Position numbers and translations under genes: made by a program. A stretch of 64,000 nucleotides of DNA from Corallochytrium limacisporum Hawaii (lineage: Eukaryota > Protista > Pluriformea), in assembly GCA_002811645.1 (NCBI GenBank), contig PDIP01000009.1, positions 62,001 to 126,000 of the forward strand, given 5' to 3'. The stretch's first letter is position 1. Every line of letters begins with the position of its first letter. Below, piece by piece: positions 21,100 to 33,332 of this stretch. The notes under the pieces were generated by a model. The model was given only the letters and a program-made list of their open reading frames with translations, was not told where the DNA came from and searched no databases.

Positions 21100-22600
21100 A
21101 TGCAAATCGTGATACGTGGCGGGTATGGACAGTTTGTGCGTTCCAGGTGAGGGACCGATAGCCGACTAAAAAGGACAAAACGGGCAACAAATATGAAAAA
21201 GTTGGCTTGGTGGAGCTGGTTCTGTAGGTGTGTGTGCGTTGCTTTCAAGAAAGTAACCATTGTTGGCCCTTTCCCCGTCTGCTTCTTGTTACTTTGTTCT
21301 AGTTGATGGATGATGACGATGCGGTAGTCATGGACATGTACATCGATGACATATGTATTTCAAGCGCGACACAGGAACAATAGGAATGCACCATCTGATG
21401 CATGTTGATGTCCGAGTTGGTGGATGTGTCAGGCTGTGGCGCGGTTTAGTAGAATCTTCGAGCGCGCGCTTCCTTTTCCACAATCAAAAAACCGGATGTA
21501 TTCATCTTCCTCTGTGTACCTTATTAACATCTGCTGGTGCGCTGCCCACAAACGCTACACCACGGCCCATGGCCGCTCAGACAAGAGTTTGGCTGACAAA
21601 TACGGCAGGTCCCCGTCATGTTTCTTCCCGCCCAAGCCCTAACCCAATTGATGATGAAAGTCATAAACGAGTTGCATAAGGTTGTATGTTTTTAATGCTC
21701 GGCCATCATATATTACGTGTGGGTGGGTGGCCGCAGGGACGAGCAGGGTCAGTCCCGATATACGGATCCCGTGTGCGTGTGCGGAGGTATCAGCTGGTCC
21801 ATCCACCCGACGGATATTCCAAATGTTGATGCACACACGCGTGCACACGAAATACGGGAGTTCGGCTGCATCCAAGCAGCAACAAAAACAGCAGGTAGCA
21901 TGTGGTGTCTGGAGCATGTGCCTGTGCCCAGAATAGTAGCTTTCACCACTGACATACAGCGCATGGATGTAAGAGCGCAATGTGGCTATGATACAGCTCT
22001 TGCTCGTCCAGCTCTTGTGAGGCCGATGAGTATAAATTTCAAACGCTGAAGAATTGAAAGGCAAGGGGAAAAGAAATTTTGGACAGACAATGTTGGACAC
22101 ACACGTTCCTGCTCTGCAAGTTTTTGCACTCAGCCGAGCTGCCAAGATGGAAAAGACCTAACTTTGGACCTCTTCGATACACTATCTCGAGCACCGCAGC
22201 AAAACCTGGGATTGCCACCTGAATTCAAACGGCGACACTGTCACCATGTCGGGAACCCATGGGAATATCGGCCCTCTTCTGACATGCCATGGCGATGACA
22301 GACTTGGGTCATATAGTTTTTAAGCAGGAGTAGGGGTGAAACGCCGAAATGAAAAACATGTAGTAGCGAAGGCAATCACTGCGATTTTGCATTATAGAAT
22401 ACGACGACGAACCCTTAGTAGCACTGCGTGCACTTGTCTGTTCACCTGCTGCGTCTCAACCACGCGACGTCTTCTCAGTTGGGACACCTTTCCTTTGCTG
22501 CGCGCTCAAACTTTGCCGCCGTGCTGCGGACCCTATTCGACTCTGTCTCCGTTCCGTTTCGTTGAACGTACTGCTCCCTTGCATTCGTAGAGATGGACCA
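21100..22600 (+). mobile_element. Decayed Ty3/Gypsy pol relic (RT-RNase H-integrase)
   Basis: IRGGYGQF, F*LMD, YIDDICISSATQEQ (YIDD at 21339), ARFLFH, YTD..GISW, LARPALV/DEYKF, PWEY/IGPL, VVAKAI, PY..VERT. Confidence 0.5.
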
Positions 22601-23059
22601 CGGGGCAAGTGGACGCCTCGCAAAAGTTTCGGGATGGCCGCTCTCTGGTGCTTTGTGCATTAGCAATTGCCGCAGTATGGGCCAAATCGACCAATCCCTT
22701 CTTGCCCTCTTTATTTCTCAGAAAAGATTATGAAAATTTTCTCCCTCCTCGTTCCCCTCTCCCTTTCCTCCCACCTCCGACTTCGGCTTTTTTCAAATCG
22801 TTCCCTTTTCTACTTCCTCCGTAAAATTCTGTGTTCCTTAGCACCTTTCTTCTTTTGTTTGGAGGTTGTTTTTGTGAGACTTTAATGTGTTGTGGACAGT
22901 ATGCACTGAGGTTTTGGAAAGACGCAATAAATTAGTATCTACAGAATTTCTTCAGGAAAAAAATTACCACTTCAACCATGGGAAGGGAAAATGCTCACAT
23001 CTGCTCCCCCCCCCCTTTGTTCCCGTGCGTCTACGAGAGAGTGGCTAGAACTACGCCTA

Positions 23060-23450
23060 CTGTTTGCCTCTCTTCCCCGTACATTGTGACTTTTATGGTG
23101 TACGCAATTGATATCAATTCGTCTCAATTCGTGTTTGCTCATTGTTTCTCGTTTCGAATGAAAGTTGATATAGACTACTACCATCAAAACAAGGACAAAA
23201 GATTATTTTGCAATTTGCTGATATGAAAAAGAACAATACAGAATGTAACTTCTTTGTTTTCATGAGTCGTTGCTTGGGCCCTTGTATGTAGAGGTTGCGA
23301 ACGCATTCCAATATTGGCTTTGATTGTTCCCATCGCACGGACCGTCGTGCTTCAGGATGAGCGGACGGTTTGGAATGAATTGACGTGTTTCGTGTGTATT
23401 TTGAACAACGTGACTGATCACAAATATCGACTGATGATCGAGGATGTCAA
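23060..23450 (+). mobile_element. Possible RNase H relic
   Basis: One stop-interrupted frame: CLSSP..FMVYAID, IDYY, VVAWAL, VTDHK. Confidence 0.3.
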
Positions 23451-24128
23451 TACAAAACTGCGGGTTGGGTCGTCGATGCGCAACCACGACCAAGGATTGA
23501 AATTCCTCAAAATCAATGTATATCCAACCGCTCAGTTGGGACCCGTGTGCAGCCTCGTATCGGTGTGTATTATGCACGCCGTGACCAGCAACGGGGAGAA
23601 AGCGTTCAGCGCATCAAACGTCATAGTTTCTTGGTCAACGTCGCTAACTTTACTCCGATTCTCCTGCCCCTCCCTTCTTTTCCCCTCCCCCCCCCCCCCC
23701 GGGGCATCCCACACGGGAGAGTGAGGGGACAATTACCCGGTGTCGTCGACAGGCGCCGCACACCGACAGTATAATATGTACCGCGGTGAGCTTTACCTGC
23801 AAGGCTTGCCAGGGAAGGGGAGGGTTACGGAATGGGGTGATGATCACCTCACCTTCCGCCCTCGTCGGTGGCCGGCCAAAAAAGTAAAACATTCCCATTT
23901 CATGGCCCAGGCCCCTTCGCTCCGCCCGAAGGACAACGAAGGAGGATCTCTGGCGACGGAAAAGATACGCACCAACAGAACACTTAAGACACAAACACAA
24001 AGACGGTGCCTCAATTGCAATAGATACGGCGGTCCGAGGTGTCACATGTTGAAATAGTTGCTAGTATACTTTACAAACATAAAACCATGAACATAAAAGA
24101 AAATGGGCTCATCTGTTGGTGCCCCGTT

Positions 24129-26318
24129 TCAGACCACGTTCTCCGCGGAGAGCGCAAATTCATAGTGTTGCCGGCCAAGGAAAAACTCATCGCCGTGTGC
24201 GAGTTGGATCATATCCAAGCCCTCTGACTCTTGCTCACGGCTGCGAAGCAGGCCCCCGGTGTAATCGATGACAATGTATTTGCCGACGTCCTCGTCCCAC
24301 AGCACCAGTGCATGCTCATCGTCGGTGGAGCCCTCCATGTCGATGCGAATCTGTTCTCCGTGGCTGAGATGAGTCTCCCTTTCGGTGGCAAGTTCAATGA
24401 TGCGGTCCTTCATTGGGTCACCAGCTACAATCTTCCAGCCCTGTGGATATATCTTCACTACTGGTGTCTCGTCCATGGGCTTGAGATCGGCAAGTTTCCC
24501 TTCGTCGACAACGTCTACGTTGTTGTCCTGTACCTCAATGGCATCTTCAGCATCAGGGGCGTCGTCTTGCGGCTCGGTCGCCGCCACAGACACCGCTGTC
24601 TCTGTGATGTCCTCGCCTTTGACTAACTCGGTTACCACTTCCAAAATGTTGGTGGGATTGCGCCTCTGTTGCAATGCCTCCAGCGCCAACTGCTGTAAAG
24701 ATGCCTCGTCCAACATTGCCACTTCTTCCTCAGTGGGCTCATCATCATTGTCGACCAGCTGGTCAACGCTCACCCCGGCGTCCTCTCCTCTGGCGGCATC
24801 CTCTCGCACTGCAATGATGTTCTTGCGAATCTCTCGATGCAGACCATCCAAACCACTTAGCCAGGCAATTATCTCTTCAGGGGTGGCCTTGGCGGCGGCC
24901 TCACGAGCCTGTGCTTCAGATGAAGCTTTGTTCAAAAACTGTCGCTTGACCTCCAGACGCGTGTCAGGCAAGCGCGTCTGCTCCCTTGCCATCTCTGCCA
25001 CCTTCACACTGAGTGCCCGACCCTGCGCATCATTGCGGCCTGATGGTTCGTAGTGCTCAGCATGATACGGACAGACCCAATTCGGCCCCTGGGGGACAGA
25101 CAAGGGAGGGTCTAGACAATCCATGTGGAAATACAATCCACACTTACCGCAAAAGATCAAGTGCCGCTGGAAGTTAGCTGCCAGGCCACAGATCTGGCAT
25201 TCCTTGGATCGCTTACCGTCCCTCCGCAGAGTACCGATGATTGCTGCAGTCGCAACATCCTCCAGTTCTTCCTCTGGGAACCAGTTCCATACGCCTGAAG
25301 GGGTCTTGTTCGTGCGAGCATCCAAGAGATCCTCCAGACCGATCCACATGCTTCGAGTCAGCTCGAATCCCGATGCGTTGTGCTCCACCACATCTGTGAT
25401 CAGAGCCTGCCATGGCTTCGACACGGTCTCAACTTGAGGCTGTGGTCCCTTGCCTTCCTTCACAAGGCATTCAGTGCATTGCCAATCATCCGGAATGTCT
25501 TGCTCGGGAACATAGGGAGAAATGCAAATAAAGTGGAAGCTGAGGGTGCATGTCGCACAGCAGAGCAGCTTACCCTCTTCACCGCAGGTTTCACAGTGGT
25601 CCTGATTTCGCCTAGTATTCATGACATCGACCATGGACACAAAATCGACCTTTTCTTTCTTCATGGTCGGTGTCTGTATGTTGGGTCGACGCTTTGGTGC
25701 GTTTTCAAAGGCAAACTTTCCCCTAACTGCATTACGCATCTTCCGCCTCTCCTTTGCGCGACGTTTGGCTAGTTCGGCATCGGGTCCTCTTTCCTTGTCT
25801 TCAATCGACTGTACAGATTTGGTACCCTTTGCGCCCGACTTTGACTTGGTAGATTTACTCTCGTTTGCATTCATCGGGGTCCCCGGTCCACTACTACTAT
25901 TTCCCGCAGGATCTCCAGAGTCCACTGCCGCTGCAGCTTTCCGCGACGACCGTCGGGTCTGCCGCGTTGTTATGGGCGAAGGCTCCGGAGATGAGTCTTC
26001 TTCTTCCTCGTCCTTGGACTCTTCAACTTCTTCTTCTGCAACGGTAACCCGTTTCGAAATCTTCTCCGCATGCCCATTACTATTTTCGGCATGTTGGTCT
26101 TCAAGTTTTCGTTTCTTTCCGGATCGTGTTGCTATGGGTTCCTTGTCTTTCGCGTCTGCTTCTACTACTTTTAAATGTCCTCCATTCCGTGCTTCAGTGG
26201 TCGCATCTGTATCATCAGGGCGCAGTTCGCTCTTCGCAAGGTCCGCGGCCTCAGATGCTGGAGCACCAGACGGCTTGGCCGATTTCTGATCCATCACGAT
26301 CGGCACTGCTACAACCAT
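24129..26318 (-). CDS. PHF12: Double-PHD finger protein, PHF12/Rco1-like (Sin3-HDAC associated), with possible C-terminal FHA-like region
   Basis: PHD1 NQDHCETC..LLCCATC..SFHFIC..WQCTEC; PHD2 CQIC..LIFCGKC..FHMDCLDPPL..WVCPYH; C-terminal HALVLWD..LAHGDEF resembles FHA. Alternative start at 26294 has a better -3 purine context. Confidence 0.75.
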   Translation of the reverse strand: MVVAVPIVMDQKSAKPSGAPASEAADLAKSELRPDDTDATTEARNGGHLKVVEADAKDKEPIATRSGKKRKLEDQHAENSNGHAEKISKRVTVAEEEVEESKDEEEEDSSPEPSPITTRQTRRSSRKAAAAVDSGDPAGNSSSGPGTPMNANESKSTKSKSGAKGTKSVQSIEDKERGPDAELAKRRAKERRKMRNAVRGKFAFENAPKRRPNIQTPTMKKEKVDFVSMVDVMNTRRNQDHCETCGEEGKLLCCATCTLSFHFICISPYVPEQDIPDDWQCTECLVKEGKGPQPQVETVSKPWQALITDVVEHNASGFELTRSMWIGLEDLLDARTNKTPSGVWNWFPEEELEDVATAAIIGTLRRDGKRSKECQICGLAANFQRHLIFCGKCGLYFHMDCLDPPLSVPQGPNWVCPYHAEHYEPSGRNDAQGRALSVKVAEMAREQTRLPDTRLEVKRQFLNKASSEAQAREAAAKATPEEIIAWLSGLDGLHREIRKNIIAVREDAARGEDAGVSVDQLVDNDDEPTEEEVAMLDEASLQQLALEALQQRRNPTNILEVVTELVKGEDITETAVSVAATEPQDDAPDAEDAIEVQDNNVDVVDEGKLADLKPMDETPVVKIYPQGWKIVAGDPMKDRIIELATERETHLSHGEQIRIDMEGSTDDEHALVLWDEDVGKYIVIDYTGGLLRSREQESEGLDMIQLAHGDEFFLGRQHYEFALSAENVV

Positions 26319-27169
26319 GTGACCTCTACACGTTTTCTGGCATTGTCCTCAATAAGGTGCGTCTCAGATGTGTTTGGAGAGCATGTGGTGTATATACCTA
26401 TCTACGTACAGTGTACCCCCTTGCACTCTGTTTGTGGTTTTGCAACCTGTGTTTTCTGTTTTGTATTTTTCGCGCATATATTCTCACAGAGCGTAATGCT
26501 CTCATAGCAATGATCATCATCGTCAAATCAAATCAAGTACCACACCGTACAACTCCAGTGTCTCAAGTCCCTCATCGGAAACCTTTGCTCTCCACTACAG
26601 CGGTCGAGGTCATAGCCAGGACATGCGCCGCAGTCGGCAGGCTGTGCAGCCCCCAAGATAAGCGCTTTCTGGTCCCCCCGCCCCGGGGGGGGTTCCAAGG
26701 GGCTTGTGTCGGGACCACCTCCCCCCTCCCGCCACCACTGTCAGAGGTATAGTCCCTTCCGTCTTCCCCCCCCATCCCTCCTTTTTAACCGGCGCGTGCA
26801 ACTCCCACAAACGGTTCTGACGGGAAAAGAAAAAGTGGAGGGATGTGTGCAGTTCACTGAACACAGGGGACCCGGAGAGAAGGGAAGGGATCCTCAACCA
26901 TCGCACCAAATTCCCCCCCGGTGGAGGTCACGCGGTGTTCAGGGTGTGAGGGTACACAGGAAGAACTGAGGTGGGTTAGAGCACAAATTTCTCGCGTCAG
27001 TTCATGACAATGGTGCTGCCCGGCACTGTAAGTGGATTGTGGACACGTAAGTGGTGAATTGTGCTGGTATGTGAAGTTTAGAAGATCTTTGTGGAATAAC
27101 GAACAGTGGTTTCATTCCAAGAACTCACTGCGGAATTGCAAGAGATCATGGTCAGTGAATGCAGGAACC

Positions 27170-29746
27170 ATGCTCGGAATGATACGGTTGGCTAGAAGCC
27201 AGGCCCGGATGGGGTTAAGGTGGCACGCTGCAGTGGGCATTGTCGGCCGCAGGACCTTGACGCATCTGGGTGAGTCCGTGTCGGCTAAGGTTACCGATGA
27301 CTCCAAGACGCCACTGGTACTGAGCACCGGTCGGGTGGCGTCGGTGGCAGATGGCTCCGTTGTGGCGAACCATGGCGGGCACACCTTGCTAGCCAACGCT
27401 GTTGGTGCATCGGGTTCTGCAGACGGATACGCAGAGTTCAGCGTGAACTACAGAGAATATGCCTCTGCCGTGGGGGCAGTTCCCGGTCGTCGAGATCGGC
27501 GTGATGGAGGTGAACGCGACCATGAGATCCTGGTATCCCGTCTGATCGACCGATCATTACGGCCCATGTTTCCTAATGCCTACAACCGCGCCACACAAAT
27601 TACAGTTTCTTTGCTCGAATTCGATAGGAAGTCACTTCCGGACGTAGATGCGGTCAATTCGGCAAGCGCTGCTATTCACATCAGCGACATACCCTGGGCT
27701 GGTCCCGTGGGAAGTGTCCGAGTCGCAAGGGTGATGGATGAATGGGTTGTGAACCCAGACAAGCAGGAAATGGATATTGCAGACTTTAACTTGGTCTATG
27801 CGGGCAATCGCGAGGGTGCTTTAATGCTGGAGATGGATAGTGAGGGTGTGAGGCCGGAGGACTTCAAGGAAGCAATTCGTCGGGCGCATGAATCGATTCA
27901 GCCAATTTTGCAGGCACAGGACGATCTCCGGGTGAAGAAGGGCGTCGAGAAGCTCGGTTTTGACCCCACTCAAGCAGATCAGATCATCGTGGCCAAGACT
28001 AAATCTACAGAAGCCCTCGCGGAGGTCTCTGATCCAGCTGACGGCAAAGAGATTACGAGAGAAGGCATGATGAAGATTTTGAAAGAGAAGTACAATGAGC
28101 GCTATGACGAGATTCTGTCCCAAGGGGATTTGTCGAAACGGGCCCGGACCAAATTGTTCAACGATTTAGGAAACGAGATTATTGAAGATTTGCAAGCAAG
28201 TGGAGATTACGACTACCTCAAGACGGGTGAGATCAACAACCTGCTCGGAGAGCTGAGCCTGCAAAGAATCAGATACCAGGTACTCCATAACAATCAGCGG
28301 GCCGATGGCCGTGGCATGGACGATATTCGAAAATTGAAGATGGACGTCGATGTTCTACCAACCTTGCAGGGATCTGCTCTATTTGACCGTGGTGAAACCC
28401 AGGTGCTCTGTGTTGCCACAGTGGACATTGCGGATTCTGCGAAACGCGACCTTGACCTTGCTGGTGAGTTCCAGAGGCCCCAGAACTTTATGGTACACTA
28501 CAGCTTTCCACCTTTCAGTGTCAATGAGACAGGTAATCTCTTCCGCAAAGCTCGTAGAGACGTTGGACACGGACGTCTGGCGGAGAAGGCATTGGAGGCA
28601 GTCTTCCCTGAAGATTTTGCCCATACTGTTCGGCTCACATCGCAGGTCATGTCTTCCGACGGATCTAGCTCCATGGCGACAGTGTGTGGCGGCACACTTG
28701 CTCTTCTGGACGCAGGTATTCGGATTCGTGAGCCTGTTGCTGGCGTAACTTGCGGCTTGATCACTGAACTGGACAACGCTGAAGACCCTTTCTCAAAGTA
28801 TGTGCTCCCTTTGGATATTAGAGGCCTGGAGGATGCCTGTGGAGACATGGACTTCAAGTTGTGCGGCACTCCGACTGGCCTTACCGCCTGTCAGATGGAC
28901 ATTAAATTGAAGCACTTGCCTCTGAAGGTTCTCGACGAGGCAATTGATCGGGCCAGTAATGCACGCCACATCCTTCTGAATGCCATGAAAGAGTGCATTA
29001 GTGGACCACGCAAGGATCGCAACCCAGAGACCATTGTGCAGACAGTCATGATTCCCATCAAGTCAGTGGACGGTACCAAGCGCCTAATTGGACGCCGGGG
29101 CTCCACCATTCGATCCTTGCAGGAGAAGTTCGGAGTTGATATTGACATCACCGATGATAACCAGGTTAGAATCGACGGCAAGGACGCTGCTGCCGTAGCT
29201 GAAGCCCAAACCGAAGTTGAAGCGCTTGTGACCTCACTGTTCGAGCTGCATGCTGAGTTGCGCGCAAAGGTCAAGCAGTCACACATGCAGGGTCTCATGC
29301 TTCAGTTCGAGAATGGTCAACAAGCTTTGCTCCCGCGGAATCGAATGTCTCGTGTCGGTGGTGCACCTAAGCCAGGAGACATAGTTGACGTTCGAGTTAT
29401 CTCGTTTGATGATTTCGGGCGCCCTGTGCTCGCTCAAATGGGGGATGACGAAATGGAAGAGGCGGAGACCTTTGGAAAGGGCCTTGAGTTCAGCTTCTTT
29501 GGAGACAAGCAAGCCAGTAGTAGCGGTGAGGACAAGAGCGACGATCTGTTCAGCGAAAAAGACCTGGACGATCCGGAAGAGAAGAAGTCAGCGACCACAG
29601 AGAGCAAGCCTGTCCCAAAGCGGACCATGATTCCAGATGTGAAACGAGAACAGGAAGCTCCCCGGGAGTACGTGTCATCGAATAAGCAAAAACTCAGCAA
29701 GCATGGTGGTCTACGACGCAATCGTAAGCTTTTAAAAAGTGTATAA
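27170..29746 (+). CDS. PNPT1: Polyribonucleotide nucleotidyltransferase (PNPase), probably mitochondrial
   Basis: SRLIDRSLRPMF, GSALFDRGETQ, GHGRLAE, DGSSSMA, GDMDFK, KH (LIGRRGSTI) and S1 domains; Arg-rich presequence from ATG 27170 (accATG). Confidence 0.93.
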   Translation: MLGMIRLARSQARMGLRWHAAVGIVGRRTLTHLGESVSAKVTDDSKTPLVLSTGRVASVADGSVVANHGGHTLLANAVGASGSADGYAEFSVNYREYASAVGAVPGRRDRRDGGERDHEILVSRLIDRSLRPMFPNAYNRATQITVSLLEFDRKSLPDVDAVNSASAAIHISDIPWAGPVGSVRVARVMDEWVVNPDKQEMDIADFNLVYAGNREGALMLEMDSEGVRPEDFKEAIRRAHESIQPILQAQDDLRVKKGVEKLGFDPTQADQIIVAKTKSTEALAEVSDPADGKEITREGMMKILKEKYNERYDEILSQGDLSKRARTKLFNDLGNEIIEDLQASGDYDYLKTGEINNLLGELSLQRIRYQVLHNNQRADGRGMDDIRKLKMDVDVLPTLQGSALFDRGETQVLCVATVDIADSAKRDLDLAGEFQRPQNFMVHYSFPPFSVNETGNLFRKARRDVGHGRLAEKALEAVFPEDFAHTVRLTSQVMSSDGSSSMATVCGGTLALLDAGIRIREPVAGVTCGLITELDNAEDPFSKYVLPLDIRGLEDACGDMDFKLCGTPTGLTACQMDIKLKHLPLKVLDEAIDRASNARHILLNAMKECISGPRKDRNPETIVQTVMIPIKSVDGTKRLIGRRGSTIRSLQEKFGVDIDITDDNQVRIDGKDAAAVAEAQTEVEALVTSLFELHAELRAKVKQSHMQGLMLQFENGQQALLPRNRMSRVGGAPKPGDIVDVRVISFDDFGRPVLAQMGDDEMEEAETFGKGLEFSFFGDKQASSSGEDKSDDLFSEKDLDDPEEKKSATTESKPVPKRTMIPDVKREQEAPREYVSSNKQKLSKHGGLRRNRKLLKSV

Positions 29747-29890
29747 CATAGGAGCATAGGAGTTCAGGAATTTGAAAAGAAAATGAATATGGAATGTTAT
29801 TTCGTTGTATGTAGAAATCTTCAAAAGTTGAATGAATAGATGAGACTGCTCACAACTTCAAGATCAATGAATGGTGTTTGCGTTGTTTCT

Positions 29891-31003
29891 TTAGACCTTC
29901 TTCACAATCTGCACGACGTCCTCATCGGATAGAATGTGATCCTTACCACACCGCTGCGGTTGATGCTTTGCACTTGCTCCCCAGACCAAAGCAAATTTGA
30001 ATTCCTTGACGAGAGCCTTGTGAATAGCCCTGCAAAAATCCTCGATGGTCTTTGTTCCTTTCTCACCACGCAGAACGACGGGAGCCTCGTAATCTGGAAG
30101 CTGTCCCTTGGGCTTTGTGTAGATGCGGGTAAGGCTCAGCTTGTCCCACATGGCCTCGAGCAGATCGTCAAAGTTCCAGCGAAGGTTGGCGCTGATAGGC
30201 ACACAGTGCGGAATCTTGTAGATGATCTCGAGTTCCTCGATGGAGATCTGATCGATCTTATTAAGCACATAGATGCAGGGAATATAGATTCGGTTACCCT
30301 CAATGATATCAATGAGATCGTCAACCGTGGCATCGCAACGGAAGCTGATGTCAGCATTGCTGATCTTATACTCGTTGCAAATGCTCTTGACGAGGTCTAG
30401 ATCAAGGTGTGTCATGTTGCTCACTGTGGAGTTCATTGTGATACCACCCTTCTCCTTCTTGCGGAATGTAATGGCAGGAGGCTGCTTGTTCAACCGAATA
30501 CCGTATCCTTCCAACTCCCCCTCAATAATGCGCTTATGGTCTATAGGCCTCAGCACATCGAGACACAGGAAAATAAGATTGCATGTACGGGCCACAGCAA
30601 TGACCTGGCGACCACGACCCTTTCCATCCTTAGCGCCTTCAATAATACCTGGTAAATCCAACATCTGAATCTTGGCACCTTTGTAGTGGATCACACCAGG
30701 CACAGTGGTCAAAGTAGTGAATTCATAGGCACCCACTTCCGAATGCACACCCGCAAGGTTCGTCAGCAAGGTTGATTTACCTACGGACGGGAATCCGACA
30801 AAGCCAATCCGAGCATCACCAGTCTTTGCGACATCGAATCCCTCGCCACCGCCGCCGCCGCCAGAGCTCTTGGGATCGATGATCTCACGCTTTAGCTTGG
30901 CTAATTTAGCTTTGAGCTGACCCAAATGGAAGGCTGTGGCCTTGTTCTTTTGGGTACGGGCCATTTCAGCCTCGATCTCGGCAATCTTTTGCAGAGTCGT
31001 CAT
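29891..31003 (-). CDS. DRG1: Developmentally regulated GTP-binding protein 1 (Rbg1)
   Basis: [40 protein letters not shown] domain ending [10 protein letters not shown]. Confidence 0.96.
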   Translation of the reverse strand: MTTLQKIAEIEAEMARTQKNKATAFHLGQLKAKLAKLKREIIDPKSSGGGGGGEGFDVAKTGDARIGFVGFPSVGKSTLLTNLAGVHSEVGAYEFTTLTTVPGVIHYKGAKIQMLDLPGIIEGAKDGKGRGRQVIAVARTCNLIFLCLDVLRPIDHKRIIEGELEGYGIRLNKQPPAITFRKKEKGGITMNSTVSNMTHLDLDLVKSICNEYKISNADISFRCDATVDDLIDIIEGNRIYIPCIYVLNKIDQISIEELEIIYKIPHCVPISANLRWNFDDLLEAMWDKLSLTRIYTKPKGQLPDYEAPVVLRGEKGTKTIEDFCRAIHKALVKEFKFALVWGASAKHQPQRCGKDHILSDEDVVQIVKKV

Positions 31004-32239
31004 GGTGGTCTCTTATATGTCACACACACACAAATTGGGTTTTCCCAAAGGTTGAATCACTATGGTACAATCTTTCACCGTCAATTCCCAACTAATGATT
31101 TCAGACAAAAAAGTTAATTTAGTTCCAGTGAGTATCGAGAACCATTTGATATATCACGGACCGTCGCTTTCCTATGAATTCCAGTTGGTGTTGTGAATAT
31201 GTGAATGACGAAACTTTCTATACCTGTTCACAGTGAAATGCTAGGGTGCTACACATAACAGCACAGTCTATCCAACACGTTAAGCCCGAGACCGAAGGAG
31301 CGACGGAGAACAACGTACCAATCATCGCAAACTGTTCGATCCTTTAAGCCTCCGTTGGCTCGACATCGCACCCAACAAGAAAACACACACAGTCCTACCC
31401 CCCCCCACGCGCAACACTTTTGTGTGTTCTACGCGCGAAGAATCGGAAAGTGCCCCTGCACACCGGGGGAAGGGAGGGAAGGCTGGAAAAAAAGCCAGGG
31501 TATTTGAATCGCGCTCCCCTATACCGAATGGCCCGGATCGAGTGAGGTTGAGTTGCCAGTGGCTGTTGCGTACACTACGGACGCGGCGGGGACCACCCGG
31601 GATGTGTGTGCTTCGAGAACGGTCTGGGTGGTACCAAGCCTATAGTAAATATGTGACCAGTTTCTTTGGCCTTTCGCCTTAGTGAAAGTATGGGACTTGT
31701 ACGGTGCATGTGACACACTTCCCCCGGTTCCAGGCGAATTTTATATCCGGGATCTGCAACTGCTGCGCCAGAAACGATTGGTTTGCATCAAGTACACACA
31801 CTTGTGGCATGTCACATGCTTGGCAGATGTTCAGCCGACATGGTGGGTTTCAAGAGCTTCGCGCCGTATCTATTACAGGCGTAGTATATGGCACGAGAGC
31901 ACCGGCACAAGGGAGGGGACTTGTTGGTATTGATCATGTTCGTGTCACTCTTGTGAAACCAACCACGATGCAGCCGTCCTCTCACCTCCGGCAACGACTC
32001 CTCAAAGGAAGTGCCGATGTGGCTCGAGGTTTAAGTCCGGGTCCTCATTGGGTGCGATAGGCTACCCCGTTGTCGAGGTCAGGACCGCTATTAGATCCGG
32101 TCTGGATGAGTGTACGGCAGTTGTTGCACAGCAAGTTTCGCCCTTAATTAGAGGAGGCGGCGGGGTATCCAGATACTATGTGCATTTGGAAGGGAGACAT
32201 GTGGTCAATTTTATTGATAATGTGTAGTATTGAGTTCTT

Positions 32240-33268
32240 TACTCTTCAGCCAGTGTCAGCTATATTGGAGGATTGCCGTGACTCGAAAAGTTCCGGTTGT
32301 GGTGCACACCACGAGTTTGGATTGAGATTTGGGATTTGCTTTTTCCCTTCTGCCTTGGTGGTTCGGTGGACTGAGACTGTACGTGTGAGGTCGTGTGTTT
32401 GCGTTTTGGGTGCCCAGCCTTTTGGTACAATAGCCAACCGCATCCTGGGTGCCGCACATTTTTGTGGACGTGTGCGCGATGGGAGTGTCTCTTCACCGAG
32501 GAGGATAAGTGGTGCAAATACACGTACCGATAACGACTTCCACCACAACACGTCGTCCCGAAACATGGACACATACCGGCAGGATGTTAAGAAAGTAGAC
32601 TTGCATGGCTTTTGAATGCCTTCTCGGGATCGTGAGCTCTGTTAACTGCTTCATGAATCGGCGTCCGTTACCAATTACCTCAGGTGGACGCAGTCCTACT
32701 CTAAGGTCGGAATGAGGGAGGCTGCAAGGACACAAGAGTGTGAACCTCGCCAGGCAGGGAAGCTAAATAAAGGCCAGTCGGTCACCCCAACCACTTTCAC
32801 TTGGGATTATGACATGGAATGAGGCACGACTTCAGCTGACCGTCATCAGATCGATATTAAAGGGCCTGGTAGTTTCATAATATACCCCGGGCTTTGGAAA
32901 CTCTGTGTGAGATAGTCACAATTGCGGCGCCTTTTCAATAGGTCCCTCCCGAAGGCGGGGGGAGAGCACATGACAGCCGACGGGAGATTTCTCTCACACA
33001 ACCACTCACCACGGTGCTATGTGCACAACAAATACCAGGCACCAACGGGCTCACCCCCACAATGCAGCGTGCCTGTCATACACGTATACATCACGCGCTG
33101 ACCTCACACCTGTCATTACACAAGATTTGGCCCTTTTCGTCTTCTCGTTCTGTGTCTAAGTACACCAAAACATTTCCCAGCCTTGTTCATTGCTGGAGGT
33201 TCCCCCCCCCCCTTCCCCCCGGTTCGTTCTTCAGTCGTCATTCCGATCGCGTAGCCACCTCATACTCC

Positions 33269-33332
<64 letters not shown>

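Noticed and set aside
26530-26640. STTPYN / AVEVIART integrase-like words
   Set aside because: Too few motifs to call.
32730-32765. gaacct..cagg..aggga resembling a TPP riboswitch 3' part
   Set aside because: Lacks the CUGAGA and AUACC core and lies inside an RT relic.
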